IMG/VR virus record: IMGVR_UViG_3300006065_000007
Location: 20,459-84,458 of that record
DNA: 64,000 nucleotides
Direction: 5' to 3' (one strand)
Source: a virus
Of the stretch, positions 19,213 to 29,972 are shown in pieces (within the stretch, counting starts at the first letter, position 1; the number at the start of each line of letters is the position of its first letter). The notes under the pieces are model-generated. The model was not told where the DNA came from, ran no database searches, and saw only the letters and a program-made list of their open reading frames with translations. Made by a program: the position numbers and the translations under genes.

Positions 19213-22032
19213 TTAAACGTTTTCAAATGATGCACCGGTAGGTGTAATTATAAATTCAACATCTATAAATTCTAAGGAACGAGTAGGTTTAATATATATT
19301 TTACCCCTCAAAGTATTAGCATCGATATCTTCTGGATCATTTGATACTACAACTCTAAAATCGTAAAGTCCTCTTTCTTTTTTAATTGAATCCAATATTG
19401 GATTAACCAATCTTAAAAATTCATTTCTAACTTGTTCATCATTCTGTTCAAACAATAATCTTACTGCAACAGCAGAAATAAGTTTTCTTGTTCTTAACAG
19501 TAATCTACGAACATTTATTCTATCGAGTGCTGATTCTCTGATTTGTAGTGTTTTGTTACCCCAAATAATAGTACCTGTATCGGCAAAAGTTGCAATTGGG
19601 TTAATTCTATTTTTATATAATTCATCCCTTTCTTCTAGAGTTAGTTTTTTAAATGCTTTAATTGATTTAACTAAACCTCTAGAATAACCAGCTACTGCAA
19701 ACCAAGGATATGAAACATTATCGGTTAAAGCAATATTTCTTACTACTTCACCAGTAGGTGATACATATAATTGTGCAGAATTATCGTTATCCCTAACTTG
19801 TATCCAAGGCCAGTATGTTGCCGAATAGTTACTATCAAGATTAGCTAAATCCAATTCATTTACAACTTCAGATGATGTAGTAACATTAGGTGAATTTATA
19901 ATATAAATTGAATCTGCTCTATCATTTTCTATCATGTCAATAGTTTGTGATACTAATGAAGCTTGATCACGGAAATTAATACCGGGTGTTGCAAAAATAT
20001 TTATATCAACAGCTTCTGGATTTGAAAAAGTTTCAATACCTTGTAAATATGAATAATAATCAGAATTACCATAATTTGGATTAAAAACACCTCCGTTCTC
20101 TGTAGTACCTGAAATATATTGTTTTTGACCAAAGATATAACCATCACTATTAGTTCTAACTTTTCTATAAACATCCCAACCATCAAAACCACCAGCAACT
20201 GCAAATGTAAATTTACGATATGAAATAGAATTCAATTTTCCTTTATCTGAACCTTCTAAGTCATAAGGTGTTGTATCAAACATAAAACCAGTTGCGGTTG
20301 CAGAATTAACAATTGTAGAAGCATTTTTTGATAAATGAAAACCTGTTGTTAATTTAGTAGTATCTTTTCCTTTATATCCAAATAAACTGTTATCATAACC
20401 AACAGAAGATGACATACCTAAAGAAACACGTCTTGGTTTATCTTCCATTGAAGATAAAACTGGTTCACCAGTAATCATATTAATTTTACCAGTTTCTTGT
20501 CCTGCGTTATAATATTCAGTTTTATATTCAATACCACCCAATATTGTTCCGTCTAATTCTTTAGTCAAATAACCTTTAAAACCAGCTGGAATTACATCTA
20601 CTGGATGATTTTCTTCCATTGATAGAATAATATATTTAGAACGTAATTCATATTCACCATCAAGTGTACCAATTTTTCTACCAATATAACTAGGTAAACT
20701 AGGATTCATTGAACATCTTGAAAATTTTTCTAAAACAACCATATTTTCATCAGTATCATTGAAATCACGAACTAAAACATCAAATTCTAATTGTTCAAGA
20801 TCAATATTTAAAATAGTAATTTTAACTTGATAATTAGCTGAATTACCATCTGAAATTGTTGATACTTCAAATAAATCAGAAACACTATCACCACGAACTT
20901 CAGAAACTACCATAGGTGATGTTGCTTTAAAAATATGATATAAGTTAGATGATGTACTTCCATCTAATAAAAAATCTTGTTGATCAAAATGATAAACTGG
21001 ACTAACACTTAATCCTCTTATTAAACCTTTTTCATACAATGATTTTAATACTTTTGGATAAACTTCAAAAACATAAAGAGGAAATGAACTTATATCTTTA
21101 TCATAAGGTTCAGTACCAAAAACTTTAGTAATATATTTTGGCGAACTAGGATTTAATGAACAATTATATGTTATTGATTGTTTTAGAAGTAAAGTAAAAT
21201 CATCTAGTGGGTTGGTTTCAATTGATGTTGAACCTGTTATTTGTACATCTGGTTGTGTAGTTATTTCAAGATTCAAGGTTTCACCTGAATATTGACCTCT
21301 AGATCTAAGAGTAACTACACAAATATTACCATATTCATTTTCTGTGCCATCATATGAATATCTAGTTATGTCAAAATCAACACCATTATAAATAAATAGA
21401 AATGAATAAACTTTACCTGTTACACTATCATAAAATGTATTTTTCCATAATTCTTCATTTGAAACGATTGGACTAGAAAGTTGATTTCCAGTTAAACCAC
21501 TAATATATTCTTCAGGAACTAAACCAATAGTAAACCAATTATCAGTAATATAAGTTTTACCAGTATCAGTTATATAGTCATATATAGTTTGACCATTAGT
21601 AGCTGTTTTACCTGTTAAATATAAAACCTCATCACTATTAATTGATAATCCTGATTCTTCAATATAAGTTTCAACATCTAATATATTTATACCGGCAAGT
21701 GTTTTAACACCATATGTTGTTCCACATTTAAATCCTGTTAAACCTAATACTCTTGTTACAAACAATTGATTAGATTCTTGTAAATAGGATTTTGCAACAT
21801 ATGGTAATTCATATTTTGGGTTACCGTTTCCATCCTTTTCAGGTGATGTAGTACCGAAAAATGTTCTAAATTCGTCGAAATTTGTTATTAATACGGGTTC
21901 AAATGCAGGACCTTTTAATGTTTCACCTACTAAACCCAATGTTGTTACCCCAACGCTTTGAGCAACAAATGTTAAATCTTTTTCTGATGTATATACACCA
22001 GGTGATACAAATACTTTGTTTGAGTTTGCCAT
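19213..22032 (-). CDS. gp18: Tail sheath protein (gp18-like)
   Basis: VSPGVYTSEKDL..GETLKGPAFEP, YWPW, PWFAVAGYSRG, LYKNRINPI, WGNKTLQ, LDRINVRRLL. Confidence 0.95.
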   Translation of the reverse strand: MANSNKVFVSPGVYTSEKDLTFVAQSVGVTTLGLVGETLKGPAFEPVLITNFDEFRTFFGTTSPEKDGNGNPKYELPYVAKSYLQESNQLFVTRVLGLTGFKCGTTYGVKTLAGINILDVETYIEESGLSINSDEVLYLTGKTATNGQTIYDYITDTGKTYITDNWFTIGLVPEEYISGLTGNQLSSPIVSNEELWKNTFYDSVTGKVYSFLFIYNGVDFDITRYSYDGTENEYGNICVVTLRSRGQYSGETLNLEITTQPDVQITGSTSIETNPLDDFTLLLKQSITYNCSLNPSSPKYITKVFGTEPYDKDISSFPLYVFEVYPKVLKSLYEKGLIRGLSVSPVYHFDQQDFLLDGSTSSNLYHIFKATSPMVVSEVRGDSVSDLFEVSTISDGNSANYQVKITILNIDLEQLEFDVLVRDFNDTDENMVVLEKFSRCSMNPSLPSYIGRKIGTLDGEYELRSKYIILSMEENHPVDVIPAGFKGYLTKELDGTILGGIEYKTEYYNAGQETGKINMITGEPVLSSMEDKPRRVSLGMSSSVGYDNSLFGYKGKDTTKLTTGFHLSKNASTIVNSATATGFMFDTTPYDLEGSDKGKLNSISYRKFTFAVAGGFDGWDVYRKVRTNSDGYIFGQKQYISGTTENGGVFNPNYGNSDYYSYLQGIETFSNPEAVDINIFATPGINFRDQASLVSQTIDMIENDRADSIYIINSPNVTTSSEVVNELDLANLDSNYSATYWPWIQVRDNDNSAQLYVSPTGEVVRNIALTDNVSYPWFAVAGYSRGLVKSIKAFKKLTLEERDELYKNRINPIATFADTGTIIWGNKTLQIRESALDRINVRRLLLRTRKLISAVAVRLLFEQNDEQVRNEFLRLVNPILDSIKKERGLYDFRVVVSNDPEDIDANTLRGKIYIKPTRSLEFIDVEFIITPTGASFENV

Positions 22033-22153
22033 TGACTTTATTTTTTTTAAATTTTATTCTTTTTAATAAATATCTTTGTTTTTATCAAAGATTTATGTAT
22101 ATTTAATAATAAAGATAAGTAAATATACTAAAAGATATAAAAAGATAAAACCC

Positions 22154-22309
22154 ATGAAAAATACCTTTAAAAATGTGAAAATTAGTGAAAAACACCATAA
22201 TTTATTAAAAAACCATTGTGATAAAAACGGTATAAAAATTTATAAAATTTTAGAAAAGTTAATTGAAGATTTTATAAAACCGAAAAAAAGGGATTTATAT
22301 GGTGAATAG
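22154..22309 (+). CDS. Small ribbon-helix-helix-like DNA-binding protein (likely start 22154)
   Basis: MKNTFKNVKISEKHHNLLKNHCDKNGIKIYKILEKLIEDF: beta strand-helix-helix pattern. Confidence 0.6.
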   Translation: MKNTFKNVKISEKHHNLLKNHCDKNGIKIYKILEKLIEDFIKPKKRDLYGE

Positions 22310-22310
22310 A

Positions 22311-23546
22311 TTAATATAAATAAGTTATACCTATAACTGAATTTACAACAGGGGGGTATAAGTATTGTATATTATTATCATCTAATTTAATATAACCAAC
22401 ACCTTCCTCTTCAATTAAACCATTTGTTTCTACATGTATTATATCTATTATTGGTTTTTGAAGTGTAAATATTAAAGATAAACCATCATAGGTAAAATAT
22501 TCGTTTTTTAAATTTAAAATTCTACCATTTTCATCAATAAAAATTAAATTTTTAGGGTTAGAATAATAAACAACGGTAATTCTATCGTTTATCAATGGTG
22601 GATTTGTAAATGTTATATTACTAGTTCCTGATATATGATAATAATCTACACCTTTTTGTAAAATAAGACCATTTAATGCTACATAAAACAAATAACTTAT
22701 TGATTCACCAACACTAAAAATAGTTTTTTCACCATCACCTACAAAAGTAACAGTACTTATTTTAATACTTTTCGGTTCAACTTTCTTTGTATAAGGTTTT
22801 GTATCAACAAATTCTGTTAATAATATTGTTCTATTTATAGCTGGTTTAACTTCAAATTCTTCTTCATCTAATAAAAAACCTAGCATTGTAAACTCATAAT
22901 TTTGCATATAAAATTTACGTCCGTCTATTGTATCTATTGGTGAATTATCTGAAATTCTATCTAGAACTATTGGTATATAATGACCTTTAACTGTTGTATA
23001 TGATTGTCTTGAAGAAAATTTTTGAAGGACAATTTTATTAAATCTATTTAGATCTCTAAATTTTTGACAAACAATAGTAATATCATAACTTATATCAACC
23101 GCAACTGGTTGTGGAATTTTATATATATCAGCGCCCATTTTATTACCATCCCAATTTAAAACTGATTGATAATAAAATGTTTTTCTGTCAGGAATAGTTC
23201 TTTGTACCATAGGGTTAGTACCTGGTTGAACATCGGGTTTTCTTATTACTGCAATAAAAGGTAATTTAATATTTCCGTCTTCATCAGAAAAAGACCAATT
23301 ACTTGATATTTCACCCCATCTTTGGATAGTTAATATTTTTTTTATTACTGGAATTTGTTCACCATCAGAAACAACCTTTAAATTATCGGAAACATAATTT
23401 AACATACCAAAATCCAAATCATCATGTAAAACAGAATCAGGAAGATTTGTATCAGATTTTGTTATTTTATCCAATAATTCTTGTCTTCTATCTGTTAATT
23501 CTTTTTGTGAATAAACATTAATATTATTTTTTCTTTTATAAATCAT
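22311..23546 (-). CDS. Tail terminator/completion protein (gp15-like) with C-terminal beta repeats
   Basis: IPQPVAVDISYDITI, YTTVKGHYIPIVLD, FTMLGFLLDEEEF; between neck and sheath. Confidence 0.65.
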   Translation of the reverse strand: MIYKRKNNINVYSQKELTDRRQELLDKITKSDTNLPDSVLHDDLDFGMLNYVSDNLKVVSDGEQIPVIKKILTIQRWGEISSNWSFSDEDGNIKLPFIAVIRKPDVQPGTNPMVQRTIPDRKTFYYQSVLNWDGNKMGADIYKIPQPVAVDISYDITIVCQKFRDLNRFNKIVLQKFSSRQSYTTVKGHYIPIVLDRISDNSPIDTIDGRKFYMQNYEFTMLGFLLDEEEFEVKPAINRTILLTEFVDTKPYTKKVEPKSIKISTVTFVGDGEKTIFSVGESISYLFYVALNGLILQKGVDYYHISGTSNITFTNPPLINDRITVVYYSNPKNLIFIDENGRILNLKNEYFTYDGLSLIFTLQKPIIDIIHVETNGLIEEEGVGYIKLDDNNIQYLYPPVVNSVIGITYLY

Positions 23547-24064
23547 TTTAAATTTCCGCTAAATTCTGTTTCTTGTGATGGTGCACAAGTTATTGTTCTA
23601 TATGATGGTTTATACCCAAAATGTAAGTGTTTATTATCAGATGTGACTTTTCCATCATTAGTTACCGTATAATATCTTATTCTACCTTCGGATTGAGCAT
23701 AACCAATAAAATCACCAAACTTTATATCTATTTTTAATTCTTCAAGATGTTTAATATAAACTGAAATTATTAAATTTCCTGGTTCTAAATATCTAACTAA
23801 ACCATTTTTATAAGTTTTATTTTCTGGTTCAACAACTCTAACTAAACCTTTAAATTCAACTGGTGGTAAAAATTTTATTTCATCTTTTCCAACCTCACCA
23901 TAAACATCATCATTATCAGTTGTTATTGTATTTACCCTAAATAAAACTAAAGTCATGTTTAAATCACCATGTAAATATTCTTCTCCCATTTGTAAATGTA
24001 ATTCAAAATCGTTGTTTGAAAAGAATTTAGAAAGTCTTGTTATTGGAAGTTTATTTTCAGCCAT
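23543..24064 (-). CDS. Head closure/neck protein (gp14-like); likely start MAENK at 24064
   Basis: DDVYGE...LISVY..HLEEL..DI..GDFIGY; position in neck module. Confidence 0.6.
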   Translation of the reverse strand: MAENKLPITRLSKFFSNNDFELHLQMGEEYLHGDLNMTLVLFRVNTITTDNDDVYGEVGKDEIKFLPPVEFKGLVRVVEPENKTYKNGLVRYLEPGNLIISVYIKHLEELKIDIKFGDFIGYAQSEGRIRYYTVTNDGKVTSDNKHLHFGYKPSYRTITCAPSQETEFSGNLK

Positions 24065-25091
24065 TATTTTTAAATATTTTATGAAAAGTTTCAATTAAAC
24101 TAAAATTTTGTTTATTATTTTCATTTATAAAGTGTTGTAACGTGTCATACACACCTATTTTTTGTAAATATTTATCACCATTTTCCATGTAATAATTATA
24201 CATATTATATACACTACCATCACTTAATACCACAACCGCACGTTTTTTACTTGATGCTGATTTATTATTATTAAATACTATAATTGGGTAACCCCTATAT
24301 GTATATGTATCCCATTGATGACTACTTGTAACAAAACACCATTGAGCAAAACAACCAAGTTGTGACATAGCATAAAAAGATTTAACTAAAACAGCAATAA
24401 TATTATTTTTTTTATAAATTACTTCAGCTTCATCTTTACCAAGTTCATCAACCTTTTCAATAATATCATCAACTGTTGATTCGTCTGATAAATAATGTAT
24501 TGTTGTATTTTGTAATCTTTCAACAACTTTATCGAAAGTATTAAATTCATTTGAAAAAATTTTTTTAAAAACTTTTTCTTTTTTTTCATCGCTTAATTGT
24601 TCAATAAGTTTCATCGAATCTAATATTAAGTTTACATTAGATTCGAGTGCTCTAAATTCGTATTCATTACGTTCTTTTCTAATATCAGTTTTTAAATTAC
24701 GTAAAAAGATACTTGGTAATAACTTCAACTTTTTAATAATTCTTTTTCTTGTATTTAATCTATTTAACGTATCTAATGGATGACCAAATTTTGTATTTGC
24801 ATATAGATCAGATAATGGAAAAACATTTTTATCATATTCTAATAAATTCTCATAAAATTCATTTAAAATTTTCAAATCATGTGAATTTATTTCTTTTCTT
24901 GTTACCATTTCGGGGTTATAAAGATTAGCTAAATATTTATAAACATCTGCCACAATCTTAGTATATGAATCACCATTTGTAATTGAATCAATAATTTTCA
25001 CATCTTTTTCATTAAAAATACCGGTTTTAACATATGTTTTTAACATTTGTTCTCGATGTTCAATTATATTATAAATTTCAGACAATTTCAT
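24057..25091 (-). CDS. Hypothetical protein with W-C motif (likely start MKLSEIYNIIEH at 25091)
   Basis: AMSQLGCFAQWCF..WDTY; the 25091 start removes the overlap with the helicase and follows a TATTTATT motif. Confidence 0.55.
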   Translation of the reverse strand: MKLSEIYNIIEHREQMLKTYVKTGIFNEKDVKIIDSITNGDSYTKIVADVYKYLANLYNPEMVTRKEINSHDLKILNEFYENLLEYDKNVFPLSDLYANTKFGHPLDTLNRLNTRKRIIKKLKLLPSIFLRNLKTDIRKERNEYEFRALESNVNLILDSMKLIEQLSDEKKEKVFKKIFSNEFNTFDKVVERLQNTTIHYLSDESTVDDIIEKVDELGKDEAEVIYKKNNIIAVLVKSFYAMSQLGCFAQWCFVTSSHQWDTYTYRGYPIIVFNNNKSASSKKRAVVVLSDGSVYNMYNYYMENGDKYLQKIGVYDTLQHFINENNKQNFSLIETFHKIFKNNG

Positions 25092-25141
25092 ACATAATAA
25101 ATACTTTAATGTATAAATATAATTCTTTATATTTAATATGT

Positions 25142-27997
25142 ATGAAAAAGAAAATTCCTGAAGTAGAAGCAAGAAATATATTAGAAAATTATACAGGTTC
25201 AAATAATCAACTTTTAGAATGGAAGACAAAATTATCAACACAAAAATATTTTAAATTAACAAGACCACAATCTGATTATATTTTAAAATATCATTTGCTT
25301 ACACCTAAAGTTGCTCGAAAATACATTAATATTGTTGCTAGTTTTGGTGATAAAATCATGGAAGACAGATTATTACCAAAACCACCTAATAAAATTTGGG
25401 TGGAAAAAATATTATGTGATTCTGATAAAGCATTTCACATATGGGGTAAAATTTTAGAAAACGAAAGAATGTATGCTATGTGGATACCTAAATCATCTAT
25501 TCTATATGATGAAAAAGTTTTAACAAGAAAAATAGATTATTCCGTATATTCACATAGACCTCCTATGGAACATCAAAAAGTAGGTGTTGAAAAACTATTA
25601 GCTAATAATAAATTTATTTTAGCGGACGAGATGGGGTTAGGGAAATCCTTGAAAGTCAATACTTTAGTATATACACCATATGGAAAAAGGAAAATAGGTA
25701 ATTTAAAAAAGGGTGATAAAGTAATTGGTTCTGATGGTAAATCGTATAATGTTACTGGTTTTTTTCCACAAGGAATGTTAAAAACATATAAGATAACTTT
25801 TAATGATGGTTATTCAATTATTTGTAGTGGTAATCATTTATGGAAAGTATTATCACGAAATTTTGGAAAAAATACTAATAATAATAGATTAGAAAAAGAA
25901 ATTGTTTTAACAACTGAACAAATGTTAAATGAAAATTTAATTTTAGAAACAAAAGGGGTAGGATGTAATGAAGATAAAACTTATAAATTTAAAACATTTT
26001 ATAAAGAAAAAAACGGAAATTTAAAATGGCAAATACCTGTTGTTGAACCTATTGAATTTTTTGAAAATAATGTTTTACCAATTGATCCATATTTACTTGG
26101 ATTATCATTAGGTGTTGGATATATTAAGGAAAATAGTGTAAGATTCGTTATACATAAAGATGATTTTGATGAGATTTTTTCTTCATTTAATATTAAAGAG
26201 AATAAACAACATAATAATGTAAGAAATGGGTTTGTTACAATAAAAGATCATTTAATAGATTTAAAATTAAATAATAAACATTCTTGGGACAAATTTATAC
26301 CTGAAATTTATAAACTATCATCAATAGAAAATAGATTATCGATTTTACAAGGTTTAATGGATAGTGATGGTACAATAAATAAATCAAGTAAAAATAATAA
26401 TTTTAATGGAACTGAATATTGTACAGTATCAAAACAATTATCAGATGATGTTGCTGAAATAGTACATAGTTTAGGAGGTATAGTTAGAATAAAAACACGA
26501 ATACCTAAATATACATATAAAGGTGAAAAAAAAGAGGGTAGAAAAACCTATAGATTAAACATAAAATTACCAGAAGGTATGAATCCATTTAGATTAAAAA
26601 GAAAGTTTAATTTATATAACACACCTAAAAAATATAAAATAGGTAGATATATTAAAAACATTGAACCTTATGGTGAACATGAATGTGTTTGTATTTCTGT
26701 GGACTCACCTGATAGATTATATGTTGCTGAACATGGTATTGTTACACATAATACTACAATTGCCACAATAGCCGCGTTAGAAACTGGCGTTAAAAAAATA
26801 TTAATAATATGTCCAGCATCGCTAAAAATTAATTGGAAACGAGAAATAGAAAATTATAGTAATAGAAGAATATTAATTGTAGAAGGTGGAAAATGGGGTT
26901 CTACATTTGATTTTTATATCATTAATTATGATATTTTAAAAAATTATCATTCATTAGAAAAAGATGATGAAAAAAACAATATTTTAATTAAAGAAAAATT
27001 CGATTTAGCTATTGTAGATGAAGCACATTACATTTCAAATACTAGTGCTTTAAGAACACGATTATTAAATGATATTCTTGATAAAATACCTAAAGTATGG
27101 TTATTAACAGGAACACCTATGACATCTAGACCTATAAATTATTACAATTTACTAAAAATAGTCGAAGCACCAATAACATTAAATTGGGAATCTTATGTAA
27201 AAAGATATTGTAAAGGTTTTAAATTTAAAGTTAATGATCGTAAAGTATGGAGTACAAAAGGTGCAACAAATTTAAATGAACTAAGAGAAAAAACAAAAAA
27301 TATAATTCTAAGAAGATTAAAAAAAGATGTTCTTGATTTACCTGAAAAAATAATAACACCTGTTTTTTTAGAATTACATAATGGTCAATATGACCATGAA
27401 TTAGAAGAATTCATTAAAATTTCTTATGAAGAAAAAGGTGAAGAAAGTATTAGTATTACATTGAGTAGACTAATGAAAATTAGACAAATTATTGCAATGG
27501 AAAAATTACAATATACATATGAATTAATAGATTCCTTTTTAGAAGAAGAAAAAAAAGTAATTGTTTTCACAAATTTTACATCTACTTTAAATATGTTACA
27601 TGAAAAATACCCTAAAAATTCTGTTGTTTTAGATGGTAAAATGACAAAAGAAAAAAGACAACAAAGTATTGATAAATTTCAGAATGACCCTAAAATTCAA
27701 ATTTTTATCGGTAATTTAATTGCCGCAGGTTCAGGTATTAATTTAACTGAAGCAGAAGGTGTTATTATGAATGATTTATGTTTTGTTCCTGGAAATCACT
27801 CACAAGGTGAAGATAGAGCACATAGATATGGTCAAAAAAATAGTGTTTTAGTTTATTATCCTGTTTTTGAAAATACAATTGAAATGATTATTTACAATAT
27901 TATACTAAAAAAGAAAAATGATATTGATCAGGTTATGGGTGATGGTGAATATTCAGAAGGTTTTGGTAAAGAATTATTAAATGAAATTTTAAAATAA
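25142..27997 (+). CDS. SNF2/SMARCAL1(HARP)-like helicase with intein; likely start 25142
   Basis: LADEMGLGK[intein]TT, IICPASLKINWKRE, IVDEAH, LTGTPM, LRRLK, GSGINLTEA, QGEDRAHRYGQ. Confidence 0.9.
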   Translation: MKKKIPEVEARNILENYTGSNNQLLEWKTKLSTQKYFKLTRPQSDYILKYHLLTPKVARKYINIVASFGDKIMEDRLLPKPPNKIWVEKILCDSDKAFHIWGKILENERMYAMWIPKSSILYDEKVLTRKIDYSVYSHRPPMEHQKVGVEKLLANNKFILADEMGLGKSLKVNTLVYTPYGKRKIGNLKKGDKVIGSDGKSYNVTGFFPQGMLKTYKITFNDGYSIICSGNHLWKVLSRNFGKNTNNNRLEKEIVLTTEQMLNENLILETKGVGCNEDKTYKFKTFYKEKNGNLKWQIPVVEPIEFFENNVLPIDPYLLGLSLGVGYIKENSVRFVIHKDDFDEIFSSFNIKENKQHNNVRNGFVTIKDHLIDLKLNNKHSWDKFIPEIYKLSSIENRLSILQGLMDSDGTINKSSKNNNFNGTEYCTVSKQLSDDVAEIVHSLGGIVRIKTRIPKYTYKGEKKEGRKTYRLNIKLPEGMNPFRLKRKFNLYNTPKKYKIGRYIKNIEPYGEHECVCISVDSPDRLYVAEHGIVTHNTTIATIAALETGVKKILIICPASLKINWKREIENYSNRRILIVEGGKWGSTFDFYIINYDILKNYHSLEKDDEKNNILIKEKFDLAIVDEAHYISNTSALRTRLLNDILDKIPKVWLLTGTPMTSRPINYYNLLKIVEAPITLNWESYVKRYCKGFKFKVNDRKVWSTKGATNLNELREKTKNIILRRLKKDVLDLPEKIITPVFLELHNGQYDHELEEFIKISYEEKGEESISITLSRLMKIRQIIAMEKLQYTYELIDSFLEEEKKVIVFTNFTSTLNMLHEKYPKNSVVLDGKMTKEKRQQSIDKFQNDPKIQIFIGNLIAAGSGINLTEAEGVIMNDLCFVPGNHSQGEDRAHRYGQKNSVLVYYPVFENTIEMIIYNIILKKKNDIDQVMGDGEYSEGFGKELLNEILK
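25646..26752 (+). mobile_element. 369 aa intein with LAGLIDADG homing endonuclease in helicase Walker A
   Basis: Starts SLKVNTLVYTP, has LQGLMDSDG, ends GIVTHN with +1 Thr; excision restores GLGKTT. Confidence 0.92.
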
Positions 27998-28969
27998 AAA
28001 TTGTTTTTTTAATTTTACTAAACTTTCATTTAATTCATCAATAAAACTTTCATCATTAAAATCTACTAAATTAATGTTTATATTATTTTCTGATATTATT
28101 ATATAATTTTTTTCTTCAGTATTTGTTAAAGTAACATCCATTCCATTTTTTAGGGATAAAGTACTGATTTCATTTATAGTTTCTGCTAATTTCATTTCAA
28201 ATGTTTCGTTAAATAATATAAAAGATTTTTTTATTTTTAGTATTCTATTAATTTTTTCTATATTTGGTATATTTTTAAAAATAACACTACTGGTCTCATA
28301 TGAGTTCCATTTTACATTAGAATAAATATAATAATCACAATTATCATAGTCTAAACCATTAACTGAGCCTTTTATTTTACAATAATCATCTGTTTCTGAA
28401 ATAACTCTACCTGATTTAACTTGAAATGTTTTAACATTATCATTATCTAAAATTAATTTAACATCTATACCATTAAAATCATCATTGTCACCGACATTGA
28501 AACCATATTTAATTTCTTTTATATTTGAAAATGTTCTTTTTATTGATTCAATTGATATTATTAAAGTTATATTACCATTAAACCATGATTGTTTTAAAAT
28601 ACTTTTAACTTTATTAAATTTTTGTGGGTTATCATTAGTAAAATAGGTTCTAAAATTTTCTTTTATAAACTGACCAATTTTTTCAGAATAAGATCTAAAA
28701 TATAAAGGATTATTAATATTTTTAAAAATATTGTGGTTTTTATCCATCATTTCAAACATAATATATTCAATAAAAGATGAATTAGTATTAGCTCTATTAT
28801 ATAAACTATGCCAATTATTATATTCGTCTAAAATACCATATTTATTATTTTGTTTACAATATCCCCACATATTTAGTTTTTTAAATTCTTCTTCAAGGGC
28901 GATATCTATCTGTGTTCTAACTTTCCATTTAAAATTAGACTCCATTAATTCATTAATATTAAACTCCAT
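27989..28969 (-). CDS. Hypothetical protein, putative PD-(D/E)xK nuclease
   Basis: DDFNGIDVKL...TFQVKS matches a D...QxK restriction-fold motif. Confidence 0.5.
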   Translation of the reverse strand: MEFNINELMESNFKWKVRTQIDIALEEEFKKLNMWGYCKQNNKYGILDEYNNWHSLYNRANTNSSFIEYIMFEMMDKNHNIFKNINNPLYFRSYSEKIGQFIKENFRTYFTNDNPQKFNKVKSILKQSWFNGNITLIISIESIKRTFSNIKEIKYGFNVGDNDDFNGIDVKLILDNDNVKTFQVKSGRVISETDDYCKIKGSVNGLDYDNCDYYIYSNVKWNSYETSSVIFKNIPNIEKINRILKIKKSFILFNETFEMKLAETINEISTLSLKNGMDVTLTNTEEKNYIIISENNININLVDFNDESFIDELNESLVKLKKQFLF

Positions 28970-28995
28970 AATATTAAATTTACTAAAATTTATTC

Positions 28996-29022
28996 AAAAA
29001 AAAAACCTTTTCAGGTTTTTTT
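28996..29022. terminator. Terminator
   Basis: A10-CCT-TTTC-AGG-T7. Confidence 0.5.
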
Positions 29023-29905
29023 AAATAGATGTTACTTTTTTACTTGGTAATGGTGATAAATTTATATTTTCACGTGGTGGTGATGAATATCTTGGTATTC
29101 CTAATTTATCTAAAATTTCTCCATACATTTTTGCATCTATACCAACATTTGGATTAACATTAAACCCTATGTTTTTTAATGCATTTAATGTAACATTTCC
29201 AAAATACCCTTTTTGTTGTTGTACAGGTAACCCAAGACCCTTTTGTATTCTAGCTATAGAATTTCCAACATCATATGGTTTTAGTGGAAATTGATCATTT
29301 TTTCTCCATTGTGTTTGTTGAGGTTGTTGTGTTTGTTGAGGTTGTTGTGTTTGTTGAGGTTGTTGTGTTTGTTGAGGTTGTTCAGTACTTGGTGTTTCAA
29401 TATTAGGTAATTGTTCTACTGTTTTTTTACCTATTAAAAAATAATAATAAAATCCTGCTCTTGTAGTTTTATAATGTTTACCACCTTTATTCAAGTTTAT
29501 TTTATAATTTAAAAGGTTTAAATATCTTTGTTTAGCATCATTAATTATTTTAACGTCATAAACATTCGGATTCAAAAATATATTTGATATTTCTTCTCTT
29601 TTTATTAAATTACTTGTATCTGGAAATTTTATTTTTTCAAAAAGTTTATCATATATTTCATATGCAGCTTTTTTATTATTTCCAAAAGGTAATGAAGTAA
29701 AAGTATCATCTTGAACATATGAAACATTATTTTTTTTTGGATTTTCATTTTGTAATTGAAATTTATCAAACACGTTCATACTAGAACCTTCTCTTGTAAA
29801 TGAACCATCTTTAATTCTATGTTTATCTAATGATTGTTCATTAATTATTTTTTCTATCATATCAACAAATTGTGATTCTGTTAAATGTATTTTTTTCTTA
29901 GACAT
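29021..29905 (-). CDS. Virion-type protein with C-terminal peptidoglycan-binding-like domain
   Basis: N-terminal IHLTESQF..IINEQ; PLKPYDVGNSIARIQKGL..GYFGNVTLNAL resembles PG_binding_1. Confidence 0.55.
   Translation of the reverse strand: MSKKKIHLTESQFVDMIEKIINEQSLDKHRIKDGSFTREGSSMNVFDKFQLQNENPKKNNVSYVQDDTFTSLPFGNNKKAAYEIYDKLFEKIKFPDTSNLIKREEISNIFLNPNVYDVKIINDAKQRYLNLLNYKINLNKGGKHYKTTRAGFYYYFLIGKKTVEQLPNIETPSTEQPQQTQQPQQTQQPQQTQQPQQTQWRKNDQFPLKPYDVGNSIARIQKGLGLPVQQQKGYFGNVTLNALKNIGFNVNPNVGIDAKMYGEILDKLGIPRYSSPPRENINLSPLPSKKVTSI
29309..29380. repeat. 4 x 18 bp tandem repeat encoding QPQQTQ
   Basis: TTGTGTTTGTTGAGGTTG four times. Confidence 0.9.
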
Positions 29906-29972
29906 AATTATAGATTAGATTTTTTATATAAATATATAATTAAAACTATTTATATAAAAAAACAATTAATTT

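Noticed and set aside
24057-25241. Long overlap of the 394 aa and 987 aa ORFs as called in the track
   Set aside because: Downstream starts at 25091 and 25142 give a clean 50 bp divergent intergenic region.
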